Shown one piece after another: positions 39,427 through 49,329 of a stretch of 64,000 nt of DNA. Origin of the DNA: Alistipes sp. (GTDB lineage Bacteria; Bacteroidota; Bacteroidia; Bacteroidales; Rikenellaceae); contig JAIDUK010000035.1 of the NCBI GenBank assembly GCA_029060215.1, forward strand, positions 13,235 through 77,234, in the 5' to 3' direction. How positions within the stretch are numbered: the first letter of the stretch is position 1; the number at the start of each line of letters is the position of its first letter. The translations under genes and the position numbers were made by a program. The notes below the pieces were generated by a model. That model made no database searches and was not told the origin of the DNA. It saw only the letters and a list, made by a program, of their open reading frames with translations.

Positions 39427-40605
39427 ATGTATTATTGCACCCAATCTTGGCGCTGGTACGGTCCCGACGACCCCGTATCGCTGGCCTACATCCGGCAGGC
39501 GGGCGCCACCGACATCGTCCACGCGCTGCACCATGTGCCCAACGGCGAGGTGTGGCCCGTCGACGAAATCCGCCGCCGCCAGCAGCTCATCGCCGAGGCC
39601 GGGCTCCGGTGGTCGGTGGTCGAAAGCGTGCCCGTCCACGAACATATCAAGACCCGTTCGGGCGATTTCCGCCGCTACATCGACAACTACAAGCAGTCGA
39701 TCCGCAACCTTGCCGCCTGCGGCATCCGGACCGTCACCTACAACTTCATGCCCGTGCTCGACTGGACGCGGACCGATCTGGCCTTTGCCGTGGGCGACGG
39801 CTCCCGGGCCCTGCGTTTCGAGCGGGCGGCCTTCATGGCTTTCGACCTCTTCATTCTGAAGCGTCCGGCCGCCGAACAGGAATATTCCGACGCCGAAAAA
39901 GCGGTGGCCGAAGCCCGGTTTGCGCGAATGGACGAGTTTGAAAAAGAACTGCTTACGCGCAACATGATCGCCGGGCTGCCGGGCGCCGAAGAGAGCTTCA
40001 CGCTCGAGGAGTTCCGCCGCGAACTCGACCGCTACAAAGAGATCGACGCCGAAACCTTGCGCAGCAACCTTGTGGCGTTCCTGCGCGAAGTATGTCCCGT
40101 GGCCGACGAAGCGGGGGTCGTGCTGGTCATCCATCCCGACGACCCGCCCTGCTCCATTCTCGGCCTGCCGCGCATCCTCTCCACTGCCGAGGATTTCCGC
40201 AAACTCATCGCCGCCGTGCCCAACCCGTCCAACGGTCTGTGTCTCTGCACCGGGTCGTTCGGCGTGCGCGCCGACAACGATCTGCCCGCCATGATGCGCG
40301 AGTTCGGCGACCGCGTGGGCTTCGTCCATCTGCGCTCCACGCAGCGCGATGCCGAAGGCAATTTCTTCGAAGCCAACCACTTGGAAGGCGACGTGCCCAT
40401 GTTCGAAGTGATGCGGGCGCTGCTCGAAATCCAACAGCGGCAGGGGCGGTCGATCCCCATGCGGCCCGACCACGGCCACCAGATGTGCGACGACCTCGGC
40501 CGCCGGTCCAACCCCGGCTATTCGTGCTACGGGCGCCTGCGGGGGCTCGCCGAACTGCGGGGGCTGGAGCAGGGCATAGCCCGGGCGTTGTTCGCCGACA
40601 GATAA
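39427..40605 (+). CDS. uxuA: Mannonate dehydratase
   Basis: [57 protein letters not shown]. Confidence 0.96.
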   Translation: MYYCTQSWRWYGPDDPVSLAYIRQAGATDIVHALHHVPNGEVWPVDEIRRRQQLIAEAGLRWSVVESVPVHEHIKTRSGDFRRYIDNYKQSIRNLAACGIRTVTYNFMPVLDWTRTDLAFAVGDGSRALRFERAAFMAFDLFILKRPAAEQEYSDAEKAVAEARFARMDEFEKELLTRNMIAGLPGAEESFTLEEFRRELDRYKEIDAETLRSNLVAFLREVCPVADEAGVVLVIHPDDPPCSILGLPRILSTAEDFRKLIAAVPNPSNGLCLCTGSFGVRADNDLPAMMREFGDRVGFVHLRSTQRDAEGNFFEANHLEGDVPMFEVMRALLEIQQRQGRSIPMRPDHGHQMCDDLGRRSNPGYSCYGRLRGLAELRGLEQGIARALFADR

Positions 40606-40640
40606 CCCGACTACACACACCAACCTAAATATCAACCTTT

Positions 40641-43600
40641 ATGAAGAAACTATTGACGCAACTCCATTCGCAGTGGCTGCTCCTTGCGGGGCTCGTGCTG
40701 CTGCTTCCGGGGCTTGCCCGGGCGCAAAGTGCCGGGGGGGGAATTTTGCCTTCTCCGGGGCGGTTTACGCTGACGGCGAGCCTCTGATCGGCGCTTCGAT
40801 CGCCGAGCCCGGTACGCCCAACGGCACCGTTTCGGGGGCTGGCGGCGAGTTCCAGCTCCGCGTGTCGAAGCGCGGCGCCGAGGTGCAGGTGTCGTTCATC
40901 GGCTACCAGACCCGCACCGTGCGGGCGCAGGCCGAGCACCTGCGCATCGATCTGGTGGCCGACGCCCAGCAGATCGACGAAGTGATGGTCGTGGCCTACG
41001 GCACCATGAAGAAACGCGACATCACGGGCGCCGTCACCTCGCTCTCCGAAGAGGCTATCGAACGCAAGATGGCTTCCAACGTCTTCGAAGCCATGCAGGG
41101 TCAGGTGGCCGGTGTCCACATCACCGCCGGTTCGGGCCAGCCCGGCGAGACCGCCACGGTCAACGTGCGCGGTATCTCCACTTTCTCGGCCGAGGGGGTC
41201 AAGCCCCTGTTCGTTGTCGACGGCATCCCCATGGAGGACATCGACGGCATCAACACCTCGGACATCCTTTCGGTCGAGGTGCTCAAGGACGCCGCGTCGG
41301 CCGCCATGTACGGTTCGCGCTCGGCCAACGGTGTCTTCATCATCACCACCAAGGGCGGTTCGGCCAGCGCGCCCCGCGTCGAGGTGAAGTACTACCATTC
41401 GTGGGGCAAGCTCTCCCACAAACTCGCGCAGGCCACCCGCGCCGACCGCCGCAACTACGACCTCAAGCGCCGCGCCTACCTCCTCGAGAACAAGATCGGC
41501 TCGCCCGACGAGAGCTACATGATCATTCAGGACTCGCTCAACGCCTCGTTCAACATCGACAACGACTATCAGGACATTCTGTTCCAGTGGGGGCAGAAGG
41601 ATCAGGTCGACCTGAGCGTTTCGGGCGGTTCCGACAAAATCAAGTACTACGGCTCCACGGGCTACTACAACGAGCGCGGCATCGTGCCCAACACCGGGTT
41701 CCAGCGCCTGACGGCCCGCATCAACGCCGACTACAACGCCAACCGCTGGCTCACGCTCCACAGCCGCGTGTCGCTGGGCTATTCGCAGAAGAACGGCATC
41801 AACGAGGGGCAGCTCATGACCGCCATGCTCTCGCGGCGCCCCTACTTCAACCTCTACTATCCAGACGGGTCGCTCGCGGGCGTCTTCCAAGGGCAGAAAT
41901 CCCCGCTGGCGCAGGTGAAGTACACCACCGACCGCACCGAGTATTACAAGGTCAACTTCTATCAGGGATTCGAGGTCAAGCTGGCCAAGGGGCTCACCTT
42001 CTCCACCAACATCAACGCCAACCTCTACCTCGACAAGCGGCGCCGCGTCTATCCCAGCATGATCACCGACGAGTGGCAGAAGAGCAATACGGGCTACTCC
42101 AACGACAACCTCAACTGGAACTGGCTCAACGAAAACGTCCTGACCTATAAGAATTCGTGGGGCGGCCACAACTTCACCGCCATGGCCGGTTTCAGCGAGC
42201 AGCAGTGGCGTTACGACCGCAACGTCCTGTCGGGCATCAATTCGTCGTCCGACTTCCTGACCACTATGAACGCGTTCTCGGCCAACCTCGTTCTCTCCGA
42301 GACCGGGGCTTGGCAGCAGAACCACGCCATGGCGTCGTTCTTCGCCCGCGTCAACTACGATTACAAGTCGCGCTATCTGGTGCAGGCCACCCTTCGCCGC
42401 GACGGGTCGTCGCGCTTCTCCAAGGAGAACCGCTGGGGCAACTTCCCCTCGGTGTCGGCCGCATGGCGCATCTCCGACGAGCCGTTCATGAAGTTCTCGC
42501 GCCGCGTGCTCGACGACGCCAAGGTGCGTGTGAGCTGGGGCATCACGGGCAACGAGCAGATCGGCAACTACGACTACCTCTATTCCTACGCTACGGGCGA
42601 CATCTACGACGGCATCGGCGGCGTCTATCCCGCACGGCTCGCCGTCGACAACCTGCGCTGGGAGGAGACCCGCCAGACCGACGTGGGTCTCGACCTGAGT
42701 TTCTTCGGGCAGCGGCTCACCCTCACGGCCGACTACTACGACAAGTATACCGACGGTCTGCTGGCCAACCTCGAACTGCCCAAGGAGTCGGGTTTCGACC
42801 GCATGCGCACCAACATCGGCGAGGTCCGCAACCGCGGTTTCGAGCTCACCGTGGCCGGCGATCTGGTGCGGACCCGCGACTTCCGCTGGAACGCGTCGTT
42901 CAACATCTCGCGCAACTGGAACAGCATCGAGCGGCTCTCCACCGGCGAGCCCTACCTTGAGGGCGACCTGTGGTGGATGCAGGAGGGCGGTTCGATCGGC
43001 GACTTCTACGGCTACCGCCAGCTGGGCATCTTCCGCTACGACGAGTCCAACGCCTTCACGCCCGACACGTGGCAGCAGCTCACGCCCGTCTTCGAGGGCG
43101 GCGAGTTCCGCGGCTACACGCTCAACGGCGCGGCCTACACCGGCGACGTGGTGCAGAAGAAGCTGCCCAACGGCAAGCCTTTCCGCGGCGGCGACGTCAA
43201 CTGGGACGAAGCGCCCGGCGCCCGCGACGGGGTCATCGACGAGAACGACCGCATGGTCCTCGGCAACGCCCTGCCCACCTACACCGGAGGTCTCTCCACG
43301 ACGTTCACCTACAAGAACCTGTCGCTCTTCGTCTCGTTCTACTATTCGTTCGGCGCCAAGATCTACAACGACGCCGAGCACCAGCGCAACATGTTCAAGT
43401 ATTCGTCCACGACCCCTTCGCCCCACGTCATCAACAACATCTGGGTGCATCAGGGCGACGAGGCGCTCTACCCGCGGCCCTACAACGACGAGTACAACAA
43501 CGCGCGCTACGCCAATTCGTTCTACCTCGAAAAGGGCGACTTCATCCGCTTGCAGAACGTGCGTCTGAGCTACGACCTGCCCGAGCGGTGGCTCAAGTCC

Positions 43601-43774
43601 GTGCGCATCAAGTCGCTGCAAGTCTATTTCTTCGCCAACAACCCCCTCACATGGACCGCCTACAGCGGTTACGATCCCGAATTCTCGTCGTCCAACCCGC
43701 TGCAAATCGGCAAGGACACCTACCGCTATCCCCACAAGCGCGAATTCGGCGTGGGTCTGAACGTCAAATTTTAA
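40641..43774 (+). CDS. SusC-like TonB-dependent receptor, frameshifted at G8 (40734-40741) as sequenced
   Basis: ATG 40641 frame encodes a signal peptide and stops at 40785-40787; the main frame carries VAYG, LFVVDG, EVLKDAASAAMYGSRSANGVFIITTK and ends in NVKF. Confidence 0.88.
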
Positions 43775-43787
43775 CCGATTTACCGTC

Positions 43788-45233
43788 ATGAAAAAACATA
43801 TCGTCATCCTCGCCGCCGTTTGTCTCTCGGCTTCGCTTGCCGGGTGCGAGTCGTTCCTCGACGAGCAGCCCGTCAGCGAGGTGCCCGCGGGCAGCATGTG
43901 GCAGACTTCGCGCGACGCCAAGGCCGGGGTCAGCCAGATCTACGGTTTCTTCCGCACCGCCATGCGCGAGAATTACTTCTATTGGGGCGAGTTCCGTTCC
44001 GACAACCTTTCGCCCGGCGCTTCGTCGGCCGCCGACCAGCAGCGCGTCATCGACAACCAGCTCACCACCGACCACCGGTGCACCCGCTGGACCGACCTCT
44101 ACAAGGTCATCAATCAGGCCAACCTCTGCATCCGCCACCTGCCCGGCATCGACACGCCGTCGGTGGCCGAGCGCGACGACCTGCTCGGACAGGCCTACGG
44201 CATGCGCGCCTTGGCCTATCTCTACGCCGTGCGGGTGTGGGGCGACGTGCCCCTGTTCGTCGAGCCCAACGAGGAGTACAGCGACGCCATCTACCGCGAG
44301 CGCACCGACCGCGAATACATCCTGCGCGAGGTCATCCTCGAAGACCTCCGCAAGGCCGAGGGGCTCATCGACCGCACCAAGAACAAGGAGCGCAAACGCA
44401 TCTCCATCTACGGCGTGTGGGCCGTCATGGCCGACGCCTACATGTGGCTGGGCGAGTACAGCCTTGCCGACCAGACCATCGAGAAGATGAAGAACGACGC
44501 GTCGTTCATGGCTTTCGAGCCCGGCATCGACACTTGGAAGAAGATGTTCACCGAGGAGCTCAACGGCAAGGCCAGCGACAACACCCCCGAGAACGACGAT
44601 TATTCGACCAAGGAGTTCATCTTCGTCATCCATTTCAACATGGACGAGGTCGGCACCAACGGTTTCAGCTACATGTACCAGTGGTTCACCGGGTCGGGCA
44701 ACCGCGCCGGGGTCGTCTCCGAAACCCTGCGCAACAAGTTCGACCGCGCCGCCGACCTGCGCTTCCCGCTCGTGACCAAGGAGTATCAGGCCGGTTGGGA
44801 GATGCGCAAATACATCTCGGGCGACATTTCGTCCACGCTCAACAAGACTTGTCAGGTGGCCTATCCCGTCTACCGCTATTCCGACATGCTGCTTTTGCAG
44901 GCCGAGGCGCTGGCCCGGCTGAGCAAGTGGGAGGAGGCGCTCGATCTGGTCAAGCTCGTCCGCACGCGCGCCGGGCTCGACACTCCGCAGGCGTCGGACT
45001 TCGCCACCGAGGACGAGCTGGTCGACTTCATCCTCGACGAGCGGCAGCGCGAACTCCTCGGCGAGGGGCGCCGGTGGTTCGACCTCGTGCGCACCGGACG
45101 CTGGAAGAGCGTCATGGGGCCCATCAACGGGTGCAGCGAGGACGGCAACGAGTTCTTCCCCATCCACTATTCGCACCTCGACCAGAACAAGGCGCTCAGA
45201 CAGAACGCCTACTATGCCCAGAATCAGGAATAA
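43788..45233 (+). CDS. SusD/RagB-family lipoprotein
   Basis: Lipobox LAGC, RALAYLYAVRVWGDVP, YRYSDMLLLQAEAL, ERQRELLGEGRRWFDLVR. Confidence 0.93.
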   Translation: MKKHIVILAAVCLSASLAGCESFLDEQPVSEVPAGSMWQTSRDAKAGVSQIYGFFRTAMRENYFYWGEFRSDNLSPGASSAADQQRVIDNQLTTDHRCTRWTDLYKVINQANLCIRHLPGIDTPSVAERDDLLGQAYGMRALAYLYAVRVWGDVPLFVEPNEEYSDAIYRERTDREYILREVILEDLRKAEGLIDRTKNKERKRISIYGVWAVMADAYMWLGEYSLADQTIEKMKNDASFMAFEPGIDTWKKMFTEELNGKASDNTPENDDYSTKEFIFVIHFNMDEVGTNGFSYMYQWFTGSGNRAGVVSETLRNKFDRAADLRFPLVTKEYQAGWEMRKYISGDISSTLNKTCQVAYPVYRYSDMLLLQAEALARLSKWEEALDLVKLVRTRAGLDTPQASDFATEDELVDFILDERQRELLGEGRRWFDLVRTGRWKSVMGPINGCSEDGNEFFPIHYSHLDQNKALRQNAYYAQNQE

Positions 45234-45255
45234 ATCCTCTAAAAAAAGCCAAGTT

Positions 45256-45858
45256 ATGTTCAAGCATATCGTTCTTAAGTTGTCGCTGCTGGCGCTCGTC
45301 GTTTCGGCCGGGTGCAGCGACATGAAGTTGCAGACCGACGCCGACTACGACGCTTCGGTGCTCGATCCCCGCGTCGACATGACGGCGTGGGAGTGGATCG
45401 AGACGCGCCCCGACCTCTTTTCCAAGTTCATGGCGGCCGTCGAGATGGCCGGCATGAAGGAGTATTACACCCAGACCGGGCATCCCTACACGTTCCTCGT
45501 GCTGACCGACACCGCCATGAACAATTTCGTCGGGTCGCAGAACGTCTCTTCGCTCGAGGAGTGTTCGGCCGAGAGCGTGCGCAACCTCTTGCTCTACCAC
45601 ATCGTCGACGGTGTCTACAGCAGTTACGGCGATCTGCCCGTCGAGCCCATCTTCGTGCTCACGCTCCGGCGCGGCGAGCAGGGGTTGATGACCATGCTCA
45701 CGCGCAAGAACCCGTGGATGGCCGACGCCGGAAAGATCGTGGTCAACGACACGGGCAGCAACGGTTCCTCGCCCATGCGGCTGGCCGTCAGCTCCAACAT
45801 CATACCCACCAACGGCGTCGTGCACGTCTTCGAGAACTATTGTTATTACAAGAAGTAG
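45256..45858 (+). CDS. Fasciclin (FAS1) domain lipoprotein
   Basis: Lipobox SAGC, YTFLVLTD, LLYHIV, IPTNGVVHV. Confidence 0.82.
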   Translation: MFKHIVLKLSLLALVVSAGCSDMKLQTDADYDASVLDPRVDMTAWEWIETRPDLFSKFMAAVEMAGMKEYYTQTGHPYTFLVLTDTAMNNFVGSQNVSSLEECSAESVRNLLLYHIVDGVYSSYGDLPVEPIFVLTLRRGEQGLMTMLTRKNPWMADAGKIVVNDTGSNGSSPMRLAVSSNIIPTNGVVHVFENYCYYKK

Positions 45859-45887
45859 GCGCGTCCCACCTTAAAACCGAATTCCTT

Positions 45888-47450
45888 ATGAACAAGCATT
45901 TAATCATATCCTTGCTGGCATGGTGCTTCGCCGCCGTGTCGCTGGCGGCCTGTTCCGACGACGAGGGGCTCGACCCCTCGGCCGCCAAGCCCGTCGTGGC
46001 CTATCCCTACGACACGCTCGTGGCCGACCTCAACATGGTCGACAACCTGCCCGTCATCGCCGTCGTCAAGTCCGAGACCGGGTTGCGCAGCGTCTCGCTC
46101 TCGATCCGCACCGCCGAGGGCGGCGAGGTGCCCGTGACGACCGTCACCGAGTTCTTCGACCGCAACAGCTACAGCCTTGCCGAGTCGATTGCCTACAAGG
46201 CCGATTACGTGGCGGCCGTCGTTGCAGCCGTCGATTTGCTCGGGCGTTCGGCCGAGGCCGAGCTGCCCATCGAGATCGTCGACATCGTCGAGCCCCCGCA
46301 GATCGTCTTCACGCCCGAGAGTTGGACCTACGACGAGACCGTGGGCGGCGACTTGCCTAATACCCATTTCGTCGTCACCAGCGAAGTGGCGCTCAAGAGC
46401 ATCGAGATGTTCCGCGTCTCCACCGAGGGGCAGACCCAGTACGGCGGTACCGTCACGGGCGGCGATACTGATCCGTGGGTGCGTTACGAGTTCGACGCAC
46501 TGATTGCCTACGGCGAGAACGACCGCGGTTTCCGCGTGCGGGCCGTCGACAGCTACGATCAGGTGCGCATCGTCTCGCTCCCTGTCAAGTATAAGACCGT
46601 GCCGCCGCCCACCGTCACGCCGGCCACCGAAACTATCGTCGCCGAGCGCGACGAAAGCAAGGCCGTGGCGTTGGACATCGAGTCCATGGCCGGGGTGGTC
46701 AAGGTTGAGTTGTTCCTGCGCAAGGGTAAGACGGTCGCTTCCGAGCCCGTGTTGACGAAAACCTATGCCGAGAAGCTCAACAAGCTCGCTTTCGCCGAGC
46801 AGATTGAGTTTACCGATGACGTTTCCGGCGTCCGGGCCGTCGTCACCGACAATGTCGGCCGTTCGTCGACCGTCGACATCAAGGCTATCGTCGGCATGGA
46901 GTTCGTCGAGGATGCGATAATCGGGTCCATAGGCTTTACCGATGGAAATGCCTCTCAGCCGGGTGTCTATTCGCTCTTCTCGCTCAAGTATATGACCACC
47001 TTGCCTATGACCGAGGTGCTTGATAATGCTACTTCCACAAGCGCCGACGTGGACATTTGCTACTACAACATGAGTAACAAGACCTTCCGCATCTACTCTC
47101 CCGACGGCGAAAAGAAAAGCGAGTATAAGGTGGCGGACGGGCGTACGCTGAGCAATCTTCCGGCAGCCGTTCTGACCCGCTACCAGCTTCGCAACGACAT
47201 CGACTTCGACAGCGCTACGGTCGCAACGATCTCCGAGCAGGTCATTGCCGGGCAGTTGACTTCGTCCAGAATTGATGCGAACGTCGGCGACGTGATCGCT
47301 TTCAAGACCGGCGGTAAGTCATCTGCTGGGGGTAACAGGGTCGGTATTCTCAAGGTGGTGAACATCGTGTCGTATACGACCGAAACGGGTGCTGCGAAAG
47401 ATACCCAGAAGTCTACGGTCACCGTCGCCATCAAGTTTCCCAAGCAGTAG
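45888..47450 (+). CDS. Multidomain surface lipoprotein (putative surface glycan-binding protein)
   Basis: Lipobox LAAC-SDD, repeated beta-rich Ig-like modules, position after SusD. Start at 45888. Confidence 0.75.
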   Translation: MNKHLIISLLAWCFAAVSLAACSDDEGLDPSAAKPVVAYPYDTLVADLNMVDNLPVIAVVKSETGLRSVSLSIRTAEGGEVPVTTVTEFFDRNSYSLAESIAYKADYVAAVVAAVDLLGRSAEAELPIEIVDIVEPPQIVFTPESWTYDETVGGDLPNTHFVVTSEVALKSIEMFRVSTEGQTQYGGTVTGGDTDPWVRYEFDALIAYGENDRGFRVRAVDSYDQVRIVSLPVKYKTVPPPTVTPATETIVAERDESKAVALDIESMAGVVKVELFLRKGKTVASEPVLTKTYAEKLNKLAFAEQIEFTDDVSGVRAVVTDNVGRSSTVDIKAIVGMEFVEDAIIGSIGFTDGNASQPGVYSLFSLKYMTTLPMTEVLDNATSTSADVDICYYNMSNKTFRIYSPDGEKKSEYKVADGRTLSNLPAAVLTRYQLRNDIDFDSATVATISEQVIAGQLTSSRIDANVGDVIAFKTGGKSSAGGNRVGILKVVNIVSYTTETGAAKDTQKSTVTVAIKFPKQ

Positions 47451-47462
47451 CAAGTAGTTTTT

Positions 47463-47507
47463 CGGGATTCTCCGGGTCCGCAGGGACCCGGGGATTCCCC
47501 GTTTTTT
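47463..47507 (+). terminator. Internal PUL stem-loop/terminator
   Basis: Long stem around a GCAG loop followed by TTTTTT, between the lipoprotein and enzyme genes. Confidence 0.65.
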
Positions 47508-47523
47508 CCCGATTTCGTTTCGT

Positions 47524-49329
47524 ATGAATCCTTTCCGCCTGCTTTTGTTGCCCGCGCTTTGCGGCGTTTTGTCCCTCTCGGCCCAGAACGGCAAGAAAGT
47601 CTACGCCGACTACCACGGCGTGCGCTATACGCGCGCCCACGACGGCAAGCTGGGCCGTTGGGAGATGCACGCCGATACGCACAAGTCGGCCACGGGCCGC
47701 CAGCGGCTTTGCTACAACGCCGATTTTTGCGATTCGCTCGGGCGCCGCGACCTCGCTGCCGTGGCTTCTCCCGCCATCGGCATGCAGTCCGACCTCGACC
47801 CCCACGCCATCGAGTACCGGATCCTCGCGGCCAAGACCGCCGGGATCGACGGCTTCTTCGTCGAGTGGGGTTTCATGGGCCACGAGAACGACCTTTTGCT
47901 CCGCGCCATGCAGCCCGTCGCCGCCAAGTACGGTTTCGAGATCGGCGTCAATTGGTGCGACGGCTGGCTCTACTACGATTGGATCACGCGCCTGCACCCG
48001 CATATCGTCACCCGCGAGCAGAAGACCGACCACTACGCCCGGTGTTACCAGTATCTGGTCGACAGCGTCCTTTCCGGTCCCACCGCGCCCCGCGTCGGCG
48101 GGCGGCCCGTCTTCTACCTCTTCGGGCCCGGGGCTTCGCCCGAGGAGTATGCCCGCGCCGTGGCGCAGGTCCGTTTCCCCGAGGGGGAGCCGCGTCCCGT
48201 CGTCCTGCGGCGGTGGGCCGAGTGGGGCAGGCTCGTCGGCGACCGTTACGAGCCCGTGCGGTGGAGCCCCGACATCGAGGCTTGGCGCAGGCTCGGGGCG
48301 GTTCCCGCTCCGTGGCTGCCCGCCCGCGTCCGGCCCCGCGACGAAGCCCATGCCGAGTGGGACCATTGGGCTTCGCCCGACGACTGCGTCGAGTTCATGA
48401 AGCCGTTCCGCGATTCGGTGTGGCTCGCTTCCGACCCCGCCTACAGCGTCAAGGCCGGTTTCGTCGCTCCCGGTATGGACAACCGCGGGTGCGCAGGGTG
48501 GGGGGCTCAGCATTTCTACCTCATCCCCCGCGACGGGGGCCGCACCTACGAGCGGCTGTGGCGGTTTTGTCTGGATTCGCGCGACAGTCTCGACATGGTT
48601 TTCATCGCTTCGTGGAGCGATTATACCGAGGGCCACGAGATCGAGCCCACGCTCGAAAACGGCGACCGCGAGTTGCGCACCACGCTGCGCTGCGCTGCGG
48701 CGTTCAAGGGCGTCGTTCCCGATTCTTCCGGTCTGGAGTTGCCCGCGCGGCTTTTTGCAGCCCGGAAGCGCGGGGTTTTGCTCGCCGCCGCCCGGCGCAA
48801 GACCGCCGGAGCCGATGCCTTGCTCGACCGCGCCGCTCTGAGCATCGCCCGCGCCGATTACGCCGATGCCCGGCAGTCGCTTGCCGAGGCCGAAGCTGCT
48901 CTTGGGGCATTGGAGAAGGGTTTGAAAGCCCGTTCCCTCGACCTCGCCGAATCAGACTTGCGTTTCAGCCGCGAGCCTTTGCACGGGGTTCGGAGCGCCG
49001 ATCCCGAGTTGAAGGTTTACTTCCCCGCGTGGGCGCTCGGGCCGTTGATGACCGCCCGCACCCATTCCGGTTGCCTCGAATTCGAGTTCTTCGACGGTGC
49101 TCCCGACGAGCGTTTCGCTTTCGTCTATTCGCGTACCGACCGCGCCCCCAAGGAGTTGTTCGCCACCGTGGCCAAGTTCCCCACCGGCGGTTCCGGCCGT
49201 TGGAAGCGCGTGCGCGTCGAGCTGGCTCCCGGCAACGTGCTCTACGACATGGGTTCCAACTTCACCTTCATGTTCAAGGGGCCCGTTCGGGTGCGCAACG
49301 TTTCGTTCCACTATACTTTGTTCCGATGA
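47524..49329 (+). CDS. Secreted GH71/GH99-like glycoside hydrolase
   Basis: Signal peptide; GIDGFFVEW, PVFYLF, PGMDNRG and IASWSDYTEGHEIEP resemble GH99-like barrel motifs. Confidence 0.6.
   Translation: MNPFRLLLLPALCGVLSLSAQNGKKVYADYHGVRYTRAHDGKLGRWEMHADTHKSATGRQRLCYNADFCDSLGRRDLAAVASPAIGMQSDLDPHAIEYRILAAKTAGIDGFFVEWGFMGHENDLLLRAMQPVAAKYGFEIGVNWCDGWLYYDWITRLHPHIVTREQKTDHYARCYQYLVDSVLSGPTAPRVGGRPVFYLFGPGASPEEYARAVAQVRFPEGEPRPVVLRRWAEWGRLVGDRYEPVRWSPDIEAWRRLGAVPAPWLPARVRPRDEAHAEWDHWASPDDCVEFMKPFRDSVWLASDPAYSVKAGFVAPGMDNRGCAGWGAQHFYLIPRDGGRTYERLWRFCLDSRDSLDMVFIASWSDYTEGHEIEPTLENGDRELRTTLRCAAAFKGVVPDSSGLELPARLFAARKRGVLLAAARRKTAGADALLDRAALSIARADYADARQSLAEAEAALGALEKGLKARSLDLAESDLRFSREPLHGVRSADPELKVYFPAWALGPLMTARTHSGCLEFEFFDGAPDERFAFVYSRTDRAPKELFATVAKFPTGGSGRWKRVRVELAPGNVLYDMGSNFTFMFKGPVRVRNVSFHYTLFR

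Noticed and set aside
40673-40740. GTG start at 40673 for SusC, as given in the ORF track
   Set aside because: It encodes no signal peptide; the real signal peptide is in the 40641 frame, which points to a frameshift.
45312-45887. 712-aa version of the surface lipoprotein
   Set aside because: The extension overlaps the fasciclin gene out of frame; the lipoprotein signal starts at 45888.
47559-49325. 1373-aa giant GH31 ORF
   Set aside because: The N-terminal half is an off-frame shadow of the 47524-49329 gene; a signal peptide begins at 49326.
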